From NCBI GenBank assembly GCA_047967505.1, contig CM106538.1: a DNA stretch of 64,000 nucleotides. One strand, 5' to 3'. The notes beneath the pieces are model-generated. The model made no database searches. It saw only the letters and a program-made list of their open reading frames with translations, and was not told the origin of the DNA. Positions 61,300 to 64,000 of this stretch are shown here, one piece after another; the stretch's first letter is position 1; every line of letters starts with the position of its first letter. The stretch comes from Dipteris shenzhenensis. Taxonomy: Eukaryota. Both the position numbers and the translations under genes were made by a program.

Positions 61300-63830
61300 T
61301 TCGGGACCTTATGTAAGTCTGATAATCACTTCGAAGGAGAGTCTCTAAGACATCACTGAAGATCTTTGTTGGCGAGCAATTGTCATCCCATTGGCAAGAA
61401 TGTTGCTTGAAGTTCTTTGTTGAGATCCTTGATTGCAACACAGTAGGTTCTTATGGAGATACTCTATTTTTAGGAGCAGGTTCTTGTGGATCTATTATTA
61501 ACATGTTTCTTCTTGTTTTCAATGTTGCACCATTGAAGATTGTGATCTCCCACATGTACCACTTCTATGATACTCATCGTAATAAAGTGATATATGTTCT
61601 ATGTATCAAATGTGAGTAGGATCACAATGTCTCAAAAATCTTTTGCTTTTGTTGAGCCCAAGTTTCAGCTGAGAAAGTTGTCAAGGATGAAGATAATTCA
61701 TTGTTCACATTGGAAGGTTCTTGTGGGACTTCCGTTGTGATGGGCATTACTTGTGTGGCCAATTCTTGCATAGCTACCCTAATGATATATGCCACTTTTC
61801 TCAATAAGGAAGGTTCTTGTGTGGCTCCCAATGTGGATTCAACTTTTGTCTTGCCAAGTTCTTGTTTTACTGCCAATTGCCTTGAAGATGATGCAATAAA
61901 TTGACATGCCTTTTGATAGACTTGTAGCCGAGCAGATTCTAGTGCGTGTTAGTGTCTCCCTTTTTTAGACAAGTTCTTGTGTAACTACTCGAGAGGAGGT
62001 AGTTCATTTGCGTATGATCCTCCTGCATTGGTGCTTTTCCGTTATCCTTGCAAGCAAGTCCTCGTTGTTCTTGGCATCTTTGTAGAGTAGGTTCTTGTGT
62101 GACTACTATTGGTGCATCTGCACTCATTGATGCTTTTATATTGATAGAGTTGGGGCTCTGCTCCTGCTTTTGCAATGGTGTACATTTAGGCTTAGGGAAA
62201 GCATGGACGGACTGTTGATTATTCTGGCGAGGCTTGGGTACACAGATATAAGAGTTGCCAAGGTAATATCCCTGGTAGTCGTGTTGAAACCCATTGGTAA
62301 TGTACCTTCCTTGTGGGATGGCACCGTCTTCTTCTTTGATGTTGAGGTTTGTTGTTTACATGAGGGGGTCTCTGGAAATGGTGAGGCTTGATGTTTAGAG
62401 GAGGGGGTGGCTTTATATGTTGAGGTTTCTTTGGAATCCAAAAATATGATTCACCCTCAAAGTATCCTTGAGCCTTCAGTAGATCCTCTCGAACCCATAT
62501 TTGCTTGGTTGCTTTTTGTCTTGGTCTTCTTCCTTGGTGGCTTCCTTGACAAGGTGGGGAGGTGGAAGTAGTTGCTGATGTTGATCCTTGGCTAGTGATT
62601 GGTGCATCTTGATGGTATGATTCATCACCAAATAACCCTTTGTAAGTGTCTTGCATCTAGCTTTTACCAAGAACGGAGGCTTACGTAAAGATACCCGGGC
62701 AGGAGCTACAAAAAACTTGCAAGGCACAACGTAATTGTCCAAGGAAACATTCAACATTAAAGAACCAATAACCTTAATAGAGATACCCTCTATGGATTGA
62801 AATTCAAAATCACATACTTCAAGGTGTACATGGCCAAGATGCTTTCATGTCTCCCAAGAGATGAGATTTTTTCTCTCGCCAATCTGCCATGGCTTGTATT
62901 TAGCATGTTGCACCTTCTTTGATGTTAACTCTACCCAAAGTTGAGATGGACTCATATTTATCTCATTAGGACCAATATCAATTGCATGTTCAACTTCATT
63001 AGGTAGTACTACCCTTATGGTGTAAAAAGGTGTAATGGCAGTAGGTTTATAATTGCCAAGGTGCATACATTGAGTTCCTTTCGTACTTGGCAAATCTATT
63101 GTGACTAGTGTATGCATCCAATTTATTGAGTCTTCTAACTCAAATATAAGAGCATACTAAAAGTCTTCAAGGTCAAAGTATTGGCCTAGTTTGTTGACTG
63201 GTACCCTTGGAAGGTCTTCAGCTTGATTGGGAGATTCAACATTCTCAGGATTAGTGGACTGGGGTGTCACTATTTGCCTATTCGTCCAATCACAAAGGTC
63301 TCTCCAAAGGGTTAGGTCGCCTCAGAGAAATGTCGCAATAGGCATCGCCGCCTCTGTGGATAAAAATGAGGCTAATCCTATGATGTATCGAGGACCAATG
63401 ATATGTGCCCTGCCTATCGATTTTGACTCTTCCAAGCCATATAAGGACATGTTGTCATCCTCCTTTAGTTGTTGCAAGGTGGGGTCTTCTTCAAACATCC
63501 ACTCCATAAGGGTGGATCCCTCTTTGAAGGGCGTGATACACCTTCTTCTACCCTTTCAGGTATTTGCAAGGCTTTTGAGACTCGAGTGGTTATCTCATAT
63601 ATTGGATGAATTGTATCAACACTCTTAGTTGCCTTGGGCCTCTCACATTCCTCTTGGCACTTGCATACCAATTTATGCGTCTCGGTGAGACATTGTTTGC
63701 CCACCCATGTTTTGGGATATTCACCGTGACCCTTAGGTGTTGTGCCTTGCCCATGGGTTGAAGCCCTTATAATTCCTTCATTTGCCTCATGCAAGTGCTT
63801 GTTGGTTGCTGGTACCATTTGAGAAAGTAT
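61300..63830 (-). mobile_element. Degenerate gypsy-like gag/protease region with low-complexity tail
   Basis: VEHAIDIGPNEINM and KVIGSLMLNVSLDNYVVPCKFFV resemble a retroviral-type aspartic protease; no RT seen. Confidence 0.4.
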
Positions 63831-63843
63831 CACCAGAGGAAGA

Positions 63844-64000
63844 TGTTAAATTACACGGCGCAGCGGAACAGAAACTGAATAAAGAATAGAGAGTGCACAG
63901 CAAACTTTTCCTTCAATACTAATGTAGTACAGATGATGGCTCCGTCCACCCGTGCGCTCCCACAGTGGAGCTTAGATGGCGATCTAGACAAATACTAGGT
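63844..64000 (-). repeat. Probable LTR 3' terminus running out of the window
   Basis: Minus strand ends ...TTCCGCTGCGCCGTGTAATTTAACA, a common plant LTR U5 ending; no PBS follows. Confidence 0.4.

Overview
Repeat-dense plant nuclear DNA; the style of the PPR gene suggests a fern or other non-seed plant (inference). There is one clear host gene, a PLS-class PPR-E+ gene (45387-47576, -). It sits among four Ty1/copia elements (three with both LTRs, one cut by the window start), several copia fragments, Ty3/gypsy remnants, an L1-type LINE and tandem repeats. Four signals are missed by the ORF track. (1) A decayed ORF ends in a complete divergent histone H3 fold, preceded by PSPQ repeats and two H3-tail-like motifs (5434-6389); a second, unrelated H3-like remnant lies at 20810-21024. 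(2) An intron-containing RAG1/Transib-like DDE transposase remnant (25170-26610) faces a convergent partner ORF. (3) One LINE is split in two, with its 3' half (10460-13110) 42 kb upstream of its 5' half (55154-56970); both TSD copies are present and the ORF2 junction is apparently seamless. (4) There are several other rearrangement scars. All homology calls come from manual translation and motif recognition; no searches were run.
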